This document shows positions 1 through 12,989 of a DNA stretch of 64,000 nucleotides, in pieces. The stretch's first letter is position 1. Every line of letters begins with the position of its first letter. This DNA comes from Lytechinus pictus. Its lineage: Eukaryota. Location: positions 7,566,001 through 7,630,000 of the forward strand of contig NC_087250.1 in NCBI RefSeq assembly GCF_037042905.1, written 5' to 3'. Position numbers and translations under genes: made by a program. Under the pieces are notes generated by a model. It ran no database searches. It saw nothing but the letters and a program-made list of their open reading frames with translations, and was not told the origin of the DNA.

Positions 1-2
1 TG

Positions 3-2360
3 GGACATGAAATTAGCTCCCTGATCAGAGAGAATCTCCTCTGGAATCCCAACCCTACTGAATATCTTTACCAACTCATCTGCTACTTTTTCAGCCTCGA
101 TTGAAGAGAGAGGGACAGCTTCGGGGTATCTCGTTGAATAATCGCACACCACTAAGATGAATCTATTTCCCTTTTTGGTTCGAGGAAGGGGGCCAACTAT
201 ATCCATAGCTACCTTGCGGAATGGGGGCCCAATTACTGGTACAGATACAAGTTTAGCTTTCCCTCGTTTTGATTGCCCTACACATTTCTGACATGGCCCA
301 CATGTTTTGCAATATTCCGCTACATCTTGGAATAATCCTGGCCAGTAGAAATTTTGCAACAGCCTCTGTTGTGTTTTCTTTACCCCTAAGTGTCCACCCG
401 TTAAGTTGTCATGGGCTATTTCCAGAAGTTTCATCCTAAACTTTCTTGGGACAACTACTTGCCTATGGACTTCCTCCTCGTTTGTATTTCTACTTGCCCA
501 CTTTCGCATTAGGACCCCATCACTAATATAGAAACAATTTCTACTCTGCTCTGTTTCTTCCTCATCTACTGTTTTCTCCCATGTAGATTTTAGGGATTCA
601 TCCTCCTGTTGAGCTTCAATGAGTTTACTCCTTTCTACGTCTAGACAGTTAATCTGTGAACTTGGAAAAGGGAGATCTTTGTCTACTATGTTTTCTTCCC
701 TTTCACTACCCTCACCAGAATCTATCTCTCCACCCTTTTCATCCCTTTTGTTACCTTGCCCCTTCTCATTGTTAGCCTCCTCTTTCTCAAACAAATTGGT
801 AGTCTTTGTTCCTAACTTGTTAATTTCTTCCTCCTGTTTAGCTGCCTTTGCGCTTTCTTCTCTAGTCTTACTACGAGTTACGACTAAACTCGCAGCCTGA
901 TTAGTTGCCTGAGGGATGACCAATTCTACATCATCAACCAGCTCATTACCCAGTATTAGGTCAACTGGTAGGACATCTAGTAATCCTACTTTAACCCATC
1001 CAGCTATACCATAGGGCTTGCTAATGAGATATACTCTGGCAACGGAAACCACTGTTCCAGCCAGAAGTCCCTTTATCTCAAGTGTTTCCCCAGGTATGAC
1101 CAGATTGGGATCCACCAAATCCGTCCGAGCTAATGAGTGTGTGCAGCCGCAATCTCTCAGCAACTCTATTTCCCTGCCTCCTAACATAGCCTTACTCATG
1201 TAATTTGTTAACCCACTATGGGTTTCCCGTTCTACTGTCCGAGTCCTACACAGATATGTTCTCTGATTTTTCTCATTTCTTTCTCGCGAATCACTGGGCT
1301 TGTTAGGACAATTTACAGCAATGTGACCTAATTTGTCACATTTGTAACATCTTTGGGGCCTATTATTACCTTGGGTATATCTCTTGTTTTGATTGGCCCT
1401 ATCTCCTCTCCCATTACTAGAATATTGGGACCGATCCTCCCTTCCACCAATTTGCTGGGAAACTCCCACATTTCTCATTGGGCTATAACCCCCTGGTTTT
1501 CCCCCTCCTGACTTAGTCTTTCGACTAGTCATATATTGATCAGCGAGCCTGGCCATCTCTTCTAGAGTATCTGGTTCGTGGTCCAATAACCATACCTTTA
1601 GATCATAGGGGACCTTTGTGAGCATCTGCTCTTTAAGGATCTCTTGTTTTAGCCTATTTAGATCCCAGGCGGCATTTGCACCCTCTAGCCACCTACTAAA
1701 CAAGTCGGTCAACTGTACTGAGTATTCTAAGTACGTCTCGTCCCTCTTAACGTAGTGATCCCTAAATTTTGCCCTGTATGCCTCGGCAGTGAGGTCATAC
1801 CTTCTCAAAATTGCCTCCTTCACTATATTATAATTACCTACGTAATCAGGGGATACCCTGGTGTATGCCTCTCTTGCCTTACCTGAGAGTAGTGGGACCA
1901 ATTGACATGCCCAAATTTCCTCTGGCCACTGATATAATTTAGCCAAATTTTCAAATGTACGAAGAAAAACATCAATATCTTCCCCTTCGACAAATTTGGG
2001 TAGCGTTGGCTTGACCCCCATATGTTGCGCATTTCCTCTTTCGCGCTGCCCCTGCAAATTTAGCGCTTCTATCGTCTTTGCTTGCATTTCCATCATCATT
2101 TTCATCATCATTATTGTTTCATTGCCTTGGTTTTGAGGTACGCTACCTCGGGAATCTTCATCCCCATTAGTCTCACTAGGCTTAGCTGCACTAGTATCAT
2201 TGTCTTCAATATTGAGAGGGTTAGAATCTGACACATCTTCACTTAGTGCCCTTACTAATCCATCCTTATTCAAACCTTCAAATGGCAACCCCCGTTCTTC
2301 ACACATTTCTCTTAATCTTTTAACCTTTAGCTGCGCTAAATTAGATACATCACTCATCAT
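3..2360 (-). CDS. Gypsy (Gmr1-like) LTR retrotransposon gag-pro-int polyprotein, runs off the left edge
   Basis: Segments translated by hand from ATG 2360 are in one frame to the window edge: SAP-like N-terminus (LAQLKVKRLREMCEERGL), SCAN-like capsid C-terminal region (YDLTAEAYRAKFR...LKEQMLTKVPYDLKVWL), CCHC knuckle (CYKCDKLGHIAVNC), aspartic protease (LLRDCGCTHS), integrase H2C2 (HDNLTGGHLG...CKTCGPC) and integrase core (AMDIVGPL...LSDQGANF). Missing from the ORF track, presumably because no stop lies in the window. Confidence 0.9.
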   Translation of the reverse strand, partial: MMSDVSNLAQLKVKRLREMCEERGLPFEGLNKDGLVRALSEDVSDSNPLNIEDNDTSAAKPSETNGDEDSRGSVPQNQGNETIMMMKMMMEMQAKTIEALNLQGQRERGNAQHMGVKPTLPKFVEGEDIDVFLRTFENLAKLYQWPEEIWACQLVPLLSGKAREAYTRVSPDYVGNYNIVKEAILRRYDLTAEAYRAKFRDHYVKRDETYLEYSVQLTDLFSRWLEGANAAWDLNRLKQEILKEQMLTKVPYDLKVWLLDHEPDTLEEMARLADQYMTSRKTKSGGGKPGGYSPMRNVGVSQQIGGREDRSQYSSNGRGDRANQNKRYTQGNNRPQRCYKCDKLGHIAVNCPNKPSDSRERNEKNQRTYLCRTRTVERETHSGLTNYMSKAMLGGREIELLRDCGCTHSLARTDLVDPNLVIPGETLEIKGLLAGTVVSVARVYLISKPYGIAGWVKVGLLDVLPVDLILGNELVDDVELVIPQATNQAASLVVTRSKTREESAKAAKQEEEINKLGTKTTNLFEKEEANNEKGQGNKRDEKGGEIDSGEGSEREENIVDKDLPFPSSQINCLDVERSKLIEAQQEDESLKSTWEKTVDEEETEQSRNCFYISDGVLMRKWASRNTNEEEVHRQVVVPRKFRMKLLEIAHDNLTGGHLGVKKTQQRLLQNFYWPGLFQDVAEYCKTCGPCQKCVGQSKRGKAKLVSVPVIGPPFRKVAMDIVGPLPRTKKGNRFILVVCDYSTRYPEAVPLSSIEAEKVADELVKIFSRVGIPEEILSDQGANFMS

Positions 2361-3036
2361 TGTAATCTAAATGAAATAATCACCATGTAATATTTCAAAT
2401 AATCATCTAATAATATCTTTATAATGCCTAACTCTGCCTTGCTCACTGTCTTACTAAGAGCTCACTTACCCTTTCTTCCAGTGTCCTGAATTGGCCTTGA
2501 CTCTTTTGGACTGGAAACTCCGTCTTGATCTGTCCAGCAACCGTCTGCCCTCAGTCAGCCTTTTTACGAGCCTCTCAATCTGTCATCTGTCCTCAGTCTG
2601 CAACAGTTAGTCTTGCTTCCACTCCCAGTTGTGCCTTCTCATCCAGGTCTGCTTTCTCCGGGAGCCCTTTAACTGCTACTTGTTAGCTTACTGCTCTCAT
2701 TTGTTGAATAGCACCAGACAACCAAGTTCTCATTCCAGACCTTCGTAAATCTGTTAACTCTGCTAAAGCGTCTTTGAATAGGCTTTGCAAATAACTGTAG
2801 TATAAGCCTGTTGGATGCTGCACTGAATCGAAGCTTTTCAGTTTGCTGAACTAATTATCTTGGCTGCCGATTTTTACCAGTTCGTAGTATCGAATTCCTG
2901 TGAGCAATTCTCGTTCTCACAATCTTTGTTTCTAATTACTCGCCGTCACCGAACGTTGGCCTACCAGATCCGTTAGCTATTGGCACTGCCTTTTAATCAG
3001 TCTTTTCGACGAAACTGTTCTGTGGGAAATTTTTCG

Positions 3037-3054
3037 ATCCCACCGCTGCCACCA
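3037..3054 (-). promoter_or_regulatory. Primer-binding site complementary to the tRNA-Leu 3' end
   Basis: TGGTGGCAGCGGTGGGAT lies 2 nt downstream of the LTR end and matches the recalled tRNA-Leu 3' end ATCCCACCGCTGCCACCA. Confidence 0.85.
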
Positions 3055-3056
3055 AA

Positions 3057-3926
3057 TGTCACGAAACCAAGCTGAAGTATATTCTCGCCTTGACGCAAAG
3101 AAATACCCGTGACTAAAAGCTTGCGAGAAGAAGTTGATTTTATTACAGGTTCAAGACTTCAAGATGAATCTTCAACACACATGTATATATATTTCAACAC
3201 AAGCGCAATAAAATACCAGCTCTGAGACATACGTCTCCCTCTCTTTCGTAGCTATACTATCTTCTGACTAAAAGTCACTTTCCTTCCACTACTTATAACG
3301 TACCGTTACATAAATGTAACCCACTGTTACATAAAAATATATAAAGGAATATATAGAGAATTCTCTACCCTATGTTTCTCCTTGTCTGAAATTACATAAA
3401 CTACTCTAGCCAATCAAGGCTCAGGACTGACTTATATAAGTTATAATATTCCTTAGCTTCGGGTGGAGATAAAGGGATACATAGAGAAACTACTTGGAAC
3501 CAATCATCTCACACTACCACCTTACATAAGCATTTGGAGGTGCCTTTAAAGAAATACATAACGAAACTTCTTTGGACCAATCACATCATAGGAGTCCCTT
3601 ACATAAGTTAAGTTGTTCCTTGTCTGGAGATGGATACAAAGAGTTACAAAGAATAACCACTTTTGGCCAATGATACTATAGGGCTATCTTGCATAAGTGT
3701 CTGGAAATGAACTAAAGTTTTGTAAAGAGAAACTCTTTCTGACCAATGGCAGTTTAGTACTTTCTTACATAAACTGTGTTTTTCCAGACAGGGGTAATGA
3801 ATGTTTATCCCTCCCTTGACGTATCAAGGACAAGAACGTAAATTCTGGCATGTGAAATGGGTTACTGTATATACTATTAGGACTTTCACATGCATACTTT
3901 AATCTTGTGAGGACTACTTCGTCACA
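3057..3926 (-). repeat. 5' LTR (870 bp)
   Basis: Minus-strand termini TGTGACGAA...TTCGTGACA form an imperfect inverted repeat. TATA-like run near 3185, AATAAA near 3140, and about five roughly 80-bp subrepeats each with CCAAT (3410-3770). Confidence 0.85.
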
Positions 3927-4660
3927 CCTATGGTCTGATCTGTAATAAATTGAATACAGTCCGACCTCTCTTATCCGGCCACGTTGGGACCAGCACCAAT
4001 CCGGATAAGGGATTTATCCGGATCTGGGAGACCCAATATTAAATACACACAGCTGCTGCCTACCCAACATTAGTGGCGGTAGCTACACGTTATCTATTGT
4101 AGTGGGCGTACAGACAGTATTCACTGCTGTGTCAGTGCAATTTATAGGCGGTATTTTTACGGAAATGAAATCGATCGATGGCCAAAACTGTTGGATAATT
4201 TACCTGCTAAAATGATAGAGGTATAAATCGAGCATACGTCAAAAGAAAGAGAATGACTCGATGCAAATATAGCTTATCAGAGATAGTTCACAGAGCAATG
4301 TACTTTTCAAAGATATTACAAAGTTTCACAAATTTCTATTTGTGCATACTGCAAATCCTGTTGGCTACAGATATGTAAGGATATTAAATATTCAGTCTAG
4401 CCAAAATCAAAACACTGAAATGTGCGTTCGACTCTGCAAATGTAAATGTGTAATCAAATTGTATTTAATGGAACTTGTAAATTTCATGTAATTCCGCCTT
4501 TGGGCTGACATGCATTGGTTTTTTAATAAATATCATTTTACTACTTGACTACATGAACAACTACTTTTAGTTACTAGTTATTGGTGACCTTTAAGTGTCT
4601 TTGCACTTTGAAGGGTCAACAGTACTGTCATCTATTGATTCAACCCATGAATCTACTTAC

Positions 4661-7600
4661 TAGTTATTGGTGACCTTTCGAGGGTCTTTGCACTTTGAGG
4701 GGTCAACAGTACTATCATCTGATCCTCCATTCAGCCCTCCTCCACCCGGTCCTCTGTTCCTTTGCTGGCGCTGGACGCGACTTGAACTGGACTCTCCGCT
4801 CCGGGGCGTCTCCGTCAGCTGAGATCAAGAAAATAGGGTCGGGAGGTCAGAGTTCAAAATATAAAACTTCTTGTAAAAGATGCCAAAAATCTCCCTATTT
4901 ACAGACCTTTCTTACGAAAAAGAAAACTTGTATTTCTCTCACCTTGAAACATTCAACTGTCGTCTGTCTCATGTACTCATGCGTTCTTTTCCGGCTCTCT
5001 GATGAGGATGAACTTTGACCTTTGCCCTCTGACTTGGTATGAGGTCGAAGGTCAATCTCTACTTTGAGGAAGCAGTCCCGAAACCGTAGAAGATGACTGC
5101 GGAAACATTAAGAATAATTCACACCCTTTAAAATTATGACAACTATATGAGACCTCCCAGCTGAAAACCAAAAATGAATCAGCTAAAAATCAAATTAGAG
5201 TAGATTTTAAGCTTTAAGATGCTATAAAACTTGCAAAAATTCATCTACTATTCTTGTATCACGATTCAGTAGATGATTAAGAGTAGAATTAATAACGAGA
5301 GGATATTTGCTGCTGAAGAATGAGATGTGTGCAACATTTACTCTTTTCTACGTCATCAATTATTTTCATCAAGAAATTGCTTTTTCCCCATTTCTGGCTG
5401 AAATTTCAGGACTTCATTTTCTAACAGAAGCAGAGCTGCCAACAAGAACAAGATTATTTCAATACTTTCAAAGCTGAAAATAAGTATTTTTGTGAGAAAA
5501 TCAGTATTTTCGAAGTAATGCAATAGGACAACACATAAAACTGAAACTCTAGAAATCAGTATTTGGCATGAAACTATCAGTATTCTTCTCAAATTTCAGT
5601 TCTTTTTTACTGAAAATCAGTACTACTTGGCAACTCTGCAGAAGGTTGAGGGGTTACACTTTCAGGTATTCTTGTCATGCAGTTTATAGTAGGCTTTATT
5701 AAAACCATCTTATAAACTGCGCGGCAAGCCTTGGCAGCTTTGCTGAAGGTTGAGTTGTTACACTTTCAGATATTCTTGTCATGCAGTTTATAGTGGGCTT
5801 CATTAAAACCCTTTATAAACTGCATAGCAAGATTCTCTGTAAACAGCTTATTGATAATTCTGAAGTTTATGAAAAAAAAATTATAAATAAAAATTATCTT
5901 ACAGATAGAAGGAACAGGACAGGAATTTATTTTTCATTGAGAAGGTAATTATGACAAAATATGCCAGAATTCAAGTGATATAAAACTTTTTCTTTCTGCG
6001 TGTAAGATTTGCTGGCAGCATAACCTTCATGTAATCTTTTGCTTGTCAGATTTTTGGCCAAGAATATGCTGACCCACTAATTCATCAACCCATTCATTTA
6101 GTGTTTTCATTGACACTTGTTAAGGTTCCTAATTCAACACTTTAACACTCAAGTTCATGTAACACAAGATAACATTCTTACCTTAATACTCGAACACCAA
6201 AATACATATAACACTTATCAAGGTTCTTACCTTATAAACACTCAAACACTACAATTCATGTACCAGGAGTTAAGTTACTTAACACTCTGAACACTACAAC
6301 TCATGTAACAGGTGTCAAGGATCTTCACTCGAACACTGAAATGTACATAACACATGTTAAGGTTATTACCTCAACACTTGAAGAATAGAGTTCATGTAAC
6401 ACGTGTTACCCAGATTCCTCAGTCCAGTAACACCCGGCGTTAACACCGTCCACTTCCTCTTAATCGGTGTTACAACCTTCTGTACCCGCTTCGCCACCTT
6501 CGGATGCGAGCTACCACTGGCATTAGTCTTTGTTTCAATTCTACTAGGGTCTTTGAATGATATCTCATTATCCCCTGAGTTCTCTTGACGTTTTGGCGCG
6601 GGGGCGCTCTTGGCCGGCGTCTTGTGCCCCGTGACTTTGTCGCCGTGGACGAGGCGTTTCCAGGCGAGGAATGTTGTCGAAAGCAGCATGAATCGTCGGT
6701 GTATGAGGGCGGTATGACCCTTGTCTCGCATAACAAAGTTGTCATCTCGCCTGTAAAAAAGAAGAAAGAATTTCAGCTATAAGGTTATGTTCAGTCTTGG
6801 GGATTGATGCAGTTTTCTGCCAAGATCGACCCCTCTAACACAAACTTGGCAATTAATCTTAGGGCTGATATCTATGCCTGATTACATTTATCATCTGCAA
6901 TCAAATCACTTTACAATCAATCACTAAATTTTGTGTCGAGAGCCCCTGGCAAGATATAATATCCCTTAATTTGAAAGCAATAAAGACACTTCACTTTTAA
7001 TAAAATCTTAATGCTATCCAGTTGTATTTCTTTTGTACATGTTGATTATCTCTCCCAGATATCTCTATCTCCATCACCGCTGCCCAAGGTCCCCCCCCTA
7101 TCTCTTTCTCTCTCTGTCTTTTTTCATTTCTCTGTTCCTCTCTCACCCTTCTCTCTCTCTCTCTCTTGTTATCTCTCTTCTTACTGAAAACTAAGTGGAC
7201 TTGACTCCATAGATAGAAATCCTAAAACCTCTCTATATTCCTCCCTCTTTCTACATGTACTTTTTTAATACTGAAAAATATGTTTTAGCCGACCCCATGC
7301 CATAGACAGAACCATTTACATTTTCTCTCTCTTCCCATCTCTTCTTTCTTTCTTACTCTCCCTCTCTCCCTCCACTTACCCATGACTATGTTTAAGTTGA
7401 CTGGAATCCACCGATAAGGCTCTTAAAAACCTTCTCCTTCCACCTCTCGATGCGTTTTCTTCAAACGTCTGTTTCGTGATTACGTCAAGCGTGTCACGCA
7501 AGAACTTCAGATCTCCTGTCACGTTGTCATTCAGGATGTAGTCATCGCACTCATAACTATAAGAAAAATTTACAGATACATCGTTATTGCTCATAAATGG

Positions 7601-9615
7601 GACTACAAGTAACTACAACACATCAATACAGGCACAGCATCTTTGCTTATAAATGGGGCTACACATAACTGTAACTTAGAAAGACAACATTTTTGCATGT
7701 AAGTGGGACTACATATAACTATAGCTCATACCCTGTGATACATTATTGTCATCAAAGGGAGCTACATACCCTTATGAAACATAAATACCGTATGGGCACT
7801 AGTATTCAACCCGGCATAATTCAAAGATTTGGACAAAGTCCCCCAAATATTTAGAAATAGGGAATTTATCTTAATTTCATACCTTTGTTATTTCCAGTGT
7901 AATCTGTTGTCGGTATTTTCTTTATCAATCTGTCGACTGTATGCGCGGAGGATCGAATTATGCGGCGATGGCCTTTTGCACTGAAATGCACTAGTATTCA
8001 ACCTAGTGATGATAGATGGCTAATTTCAAAATGGTTTAGATTGCTAAATTAGATCTAGATTTATGTAAGTCTCTGGCTTTGATTAATTCCCTGTTTGTTC
8101 TCATCTCAATTGGTCTAGTCCATAGTCGGATGGGACAAGGGCAGATTGAAAGACAGGGCCATCTTTCATCGCTAGGTTGAATACTAGTGCCGACGGATTG
8201 AATACTAGTGCCAAAAACCATCGCCGTATAATTCGATCGCCCGCGCACACAGTCGATGGGTTGAAGAAAAAAATAACGGAAAAAAAATAACCAGCATTTG
8301 CTCTTGGAAATAAGACGGGTCTGAAATTCAGGTAAATTCTATATTTCTATATATTTGAGGAAACTCTCCAAACGGGTTGAATACTAGTGCCCTTACGGTA
8401 CCCTTTATAAAGTGGCACAGTATGCAATTATAGCACATACATGGAATTGCACAACATTATTGCTTTTGGATGGGACTACTATTACTTAAAAGGTAGTGAT
8501 GAATAATGATTGATGATCACAACGGTGAAGACGGATGATTAATGATAATTGATTATTGATGACGATGATGATGATGATGGTGGTGACGACTACAATGATT
8601 GGAAAACTGATCTTGATATTGTTACCTGTGATGATATGGATAATGATAATGAAAATCAAAGTGATGGTGATAGTGATTATGATGGTGGTGGTGGGAATAA
8701 TGATCACAATGATGATTATGATGGAGGGTAAATGGCAACAATGGTGAAAATATGAGCATCAGTATAAATTCAAGGATAACTGTGTGAAGAGTTCAAACAC
8801 CCAAGTTTTACAGAAATTTTCCTTACCAATAGACGTATCTCTCATTGACCTCAATGGCTAGCGGATGATTGCTTTCCTTGAAGTGCCTCAGAGCGTGTTC
8901 CTCGTTGTAACGGCCACATGCAACGTTGGTACAACTCAGACAAGCCTAAAAACAAGACATACAATCAATATCAGAAGGACAGGCTACATATTTCTGTGTT
9001 CAACAATGAAAAAAATAAACAATTTCAAGGAATTCACAATTCACAGAAAACACAATTTAAGGCAACATCTGAATTATGAAAAAAAAATGAAAATTTTGAA
9101 AATAAAAGCAAAATCTACATCTAACAAAACTTTGCATCAGTTGAAAACCTGCTGATCAAATCTATTTGCACTGTTTAGCATGTGTTTGCCAAGTTTATAG
9201 ACTTACCTGTACTGCAGTATGTGTAACAGTGCTGAACAGTATTTTGGAATCAAGGATTCAATTGAAGATACAATTAGATTGCAAAGTTGGTAACTTTCAA
9301 TTATGCAACTGGGTCCCGGTGGGTGTTTCATAAGGCTGTTTGCGTAATGTTATTGATCAATAAGCAGTAGTGTGCATCCTCTTTGCATGATCTGACCAAT
9401 GCGGAAGAATGCCTATTATACCGTAAGCATCAAGCCATTTAAGTACGACTTTAAGTCATACTTAAATCTTTTTGAATCGCCCCCCCCCAGCGCATGCCAA
9501 GACTTACCCAGACACTCTCTGTAGTCCCACATACTGAACAATGCCACTCTGAGGGGTCCAGGATAGAATGCGTTTGACCGACGCAAAGCTTCCCGACATG
9601 GCGGCAGTGATCCAT
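4661..9615 (-). CDS. USP44: Ubiquitin-specific protease USP44/USP49-like (ZnF-UBP plus start of USP domain), 3' partial
   Basis: Exons 9615-9508, 8945-8827, 7556-7380, 6750-6370, 5096-4943, 4818-4661, all GT-AG and phase-consistent. [10 protein letters not shown]...[35 protein letters not shown] (ZnF-UBP), [26 protein letters not shown] (Cys box), GLNGG motif. Probably co-orthologous to vertebrate USP44 and USP49. Confidence 0.92.
7786..8400. mobile_element. Palindromic MITE
   Basis: TACCGTATGGGCACTAGTATTCAACCCG...CGGGTTGAATACTAGTGCCCTTACGGTA with internal inverted symmetry. Confidence 0.8.
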
Positions 9616-12574
9616 GACTGACCAGTATCAGTCAACTAAACCAAACTCTCTCAAGAAATAATTGTCCTCCGCTTTACACGGCTACACCATCATGACTTGC
9701 GATGTAGTTTCTATAATCGGTTGCGTTGCTACTGGTGTTGTTATTGATCTTTTGCTGTAACAGTGTTGAAACAGTGCTCAAACTGTCATTGTCTGTAAGT
9801 GTATCATCAGCATTTTCGATCTTGAAACATATTACAGAAAAAAGCAGTCAAGTTGCTGGTTTATCCTTCAATTAGCAATAACAGCTCGTTGATCCAAAGC
9901 GCAGATTTGACAATGTTCTGCCACAGTTGATAAGGATAATTGTGATTCTCTCATCATCAACATTCTACTGTCAAGAATGGCACCATAAATTATGATATTC
10001 AAGTTGATTATCTGAAAAAAGGAATTGTTTCTCAAATGAACCCAGATCAATACTTGTAAGCCTAAATGCTCATTCACAGATTAATTGTATAGCTGACCGG
10101 AAAAAAAACATCTTCCTTACTCTATAGATAAACCTAACAAGAAAAGAAGTTCCCACGTGAGATATAGTCTTCAGATGTAAGACTTAAATATGATGAAGTA
10201 TTTCCGGGAATGATCTAGCTCATTCACAACATCAGATGCTGAAGTTATTCCAAGTTCTTCAAAGTCTTTGGGTCTTGCATGATGTAGACTAGCAGAATCT
10301 TGACGAAGGTCGTTCAGATGCTGTGTAGAAATAAGAAACATTTGGAAAAAGATTACATTTAATAGGCAAACAAAAGATGTTTTTAATCAATGTCATAACA
10401 TTGAAGTCAAATTTAATCATAAAATTTTCAATCATAAAAGGGGGAGTAAATTAGAACTATCATTGGGTAACATGGGTTGTCTTGTATTTTAATAATTTTG
10501 AAGTTTTTTTGTTTTGTTTTTCGCGCCTTGGGCACTCTGCAGTGGATTTGGCACATTACAAATCCCATTTATTATTATCATTTATCATCATCATTATTAT
10601 TATCATTATTTGGGGATTCTAATTCTATAGCCTTGAAGGGGATCCTACATAAACTGGATTCCAAAAGAAACTGATCAAAGTTTACAAGAGCACTGCACAA
10701 ATTCAAGCCAGTCACAATAAACAATATTTTGACAATTTTGGTTCAATCACAGAGAGGCTATGCCCCCCCCCCCCCATCAATTGGTTTCAAAATCAAAAGT
10801 CACAAAATGGCAAAAGAAAAACCAATGAACATGAGATGGGCTTAAACAAATTTCCCAGTTTATTACACAATCCTACAAGGCCAGGTTTTAATGATTGGCT
10901 CAATTACAAAGAAATTTCAAGAAATAAACATCAAAATTTTAAATGACTGGAACAATCATATGACAGCCACACACAATCCCATCAGGGGATAATCTAAACA
11001 CGATAAATGTCTGTGTGTATCTCACTCAGCAACTCACAGAAAACACTGTCATGAGACCGTGTTCAGATTATCCCCCGCTTACCGGGACATCCCCCGGGGT
11101 TCTGTGTTTGTGTGTATGGGATTGTTCCAGTCATCCTGTTCCAACATCTTTGTCGCATTGCCAATTGGAGGATCTCCATTGCATTAGTGATCACAATATT
11201 CAAATTTTCATATTGATTGTCGATTTTTCTCAAACTTTCTTTGATCTTATTCTTTGATTTTTCTGTTTCCACACAAGCTAATTTGTCCAAGGGTTTCGTT
11301 CCCCTAAAATTGAAAGAAATAGATCCTCATCATCCTCCTAACGTTAGAGGTCTAGTATACAGTAGATCTAACTAAGTCAGACTTAAAAATTCATTCTCGG
11401 TTACCCAACTTACATTCTCTCATTTAACTTTAATAAGCTCTCACGTCACACATCATAAGTTACCTAGACCAAAATCTTCGGTCTCTGTTATATTGGTTGT
11501 TCCGCTGAAATCTGTTGGGTCCACTCACCAATTACAGAGACCGAAGTTCTCGATCTGTACAGGGATTCAATGGCCATATGTTTATAAGTTCAGAGAAACA
11601 AGGGAATTGGGAGTTGCGCGACAGTCGAAGTAAGTCACTTTTTTTTCATTTTAAGTTTATTTTTCCTCTGTTTTGGTGCATTTCAGGCCAAAACGGAATA
11701 ATAATCGTTATTTTGGCCCAGCGTTCTTTTTATGTATTTTTATGAAATAAAGACAAAAATTGATGAGCCCCGTCAGGGGGATTTTGCATTGTTAACCCCC
11801 AAATGGCGGCTGCACGATCTCGAGCCGTATGTGTACGAGGAGAAATAAAAAATTTAAAAAAATGTTTTAAAAAACTCCTCGAAACAGACGGCTGCCAGCT
11901 GTCTAAACTATGTTACCTTGTTCATTGAATGAGTGACGTCACATCACGACTCACTTCCACCTCACCAACATGAAATTGAAAATGACGGCCAAAACGACAA
12001 TGCATAGACATGATGTACTACGACAATGGCAGCATAAATTACAAAATAGTCTCATACAATCACACTGCATGCACTGACTCATATCATATGCCAGGCAGTG
12101 CCAGTCGCGTTGGCGTTGCAGCTGGCTGTGGTTGAACTTAAGACAGTCAACGACGCACTGGCTGCAGTGCAAGTCAGAGCCAAAATTAAAAGCAAACGCC
12201 TGGCAAGGACATTGCAGCCCCTAAATTTTTCTTCTACATCAATTCAAAAAATAAAAAAGCAAGATTTTACAGTGATCTATTACTGATATTAAAAACATTA
12301 TCATTCCATCAAAAATTCAGTCAGAATTGACATTATTAATCATGTTGATTAGGACATTAATTAAGCCCACTTTGTTTAGTTGATCCCTGTATGCAGTATT
12401 CAGTCCCACATACCCTCATTTGGAACGTCAACAACATTAAAACTTCAAATTCAATTCTACGCTAAAGTGATACCATAATATTGACGACATACCATCATTA
12501 TCATATGAATTTATATCCTTCACGGAAATCTTATCAAATGGCATGATAGAATAAGAGCTAACAATTGTACTCAC

Positions 12575-12700
12575 CAACTTTTATTTCTCGGTTTTACCCT
12601 CATATCGCACGACCGAACAACCGCCATATTAGTACGTTGTTAAAGGTTGGGTTAGCCATTAAGTGTAGTGTTGCGATTGGAACGGATTGGAACGCCGTAA
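12575..12700 (-). promoter_or_regulatory. Probable promoter and first non-coding exon of the USP44/49 gene
   Basis: Donor TTG|GTGAGT at 12575, YY1-like AATATGGCGG near 12625 and two minus-strand CCAAT boxes near 12676-12690. Candidate UTR exon 10121-10320 and acceptor at 10012. Confidence 0.5.
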
Positions 12701-12958
12701 TTCATGCATGCAGCGCAGAGAGCGCGCAGAAGAACGCTCATTAAAGAAAACACGAGCCAAGGTAGAGCATTTGTGGCAAGTGTTTCTATCCCAGGATGCA
12801 TCAGCCGAGATCGATTTCGCTTATTGACAGAGGGATCACCTTGAAAGTTTGACGAGAGCAATAAATGTAATAGCGATCGTCAAGATCAAACAAAAGAGGG
12901 CTAAATTTACTTTCGTTTTGTCGTTCTGAAACGGCGATGCAGCGCAGTTGAGGGACAC

Positions 12959-12989
12959 CATAGAGATGTATACTAACTACATCTCTATG
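12959..12989. mobile_element. 31-bp palindromic mini-element with 8-bp target-site duplication
   Basis: AGGGACAC|CATAGAGATGTA-TACTAAC-TACATCTCTATG|AGGGACAC. Confidence 0.8.

Larger units (their letters stand above)
1..3926 (-). mobile_element. Gmr1-like Gypsy LTR retrotransposon (5' portion) in a USP44/49 intron, same orientation as the host gene
   Basis: 5' LTR, primer-binding site, leader and gag-pro-int ORF in the expected order; integrase directly follows protease. Confidence 0.9.

Noticed and set aside
619..1203. Plus-strand ORFs of 93 and 61 aa
   Set aside because: Antisense shadows of the retrotransposon polyprotein.
10121..10320. Exon-like segment as an extra USP44 coding exon
   Set aside because: Stops in all three frames; at most 5' UTR.
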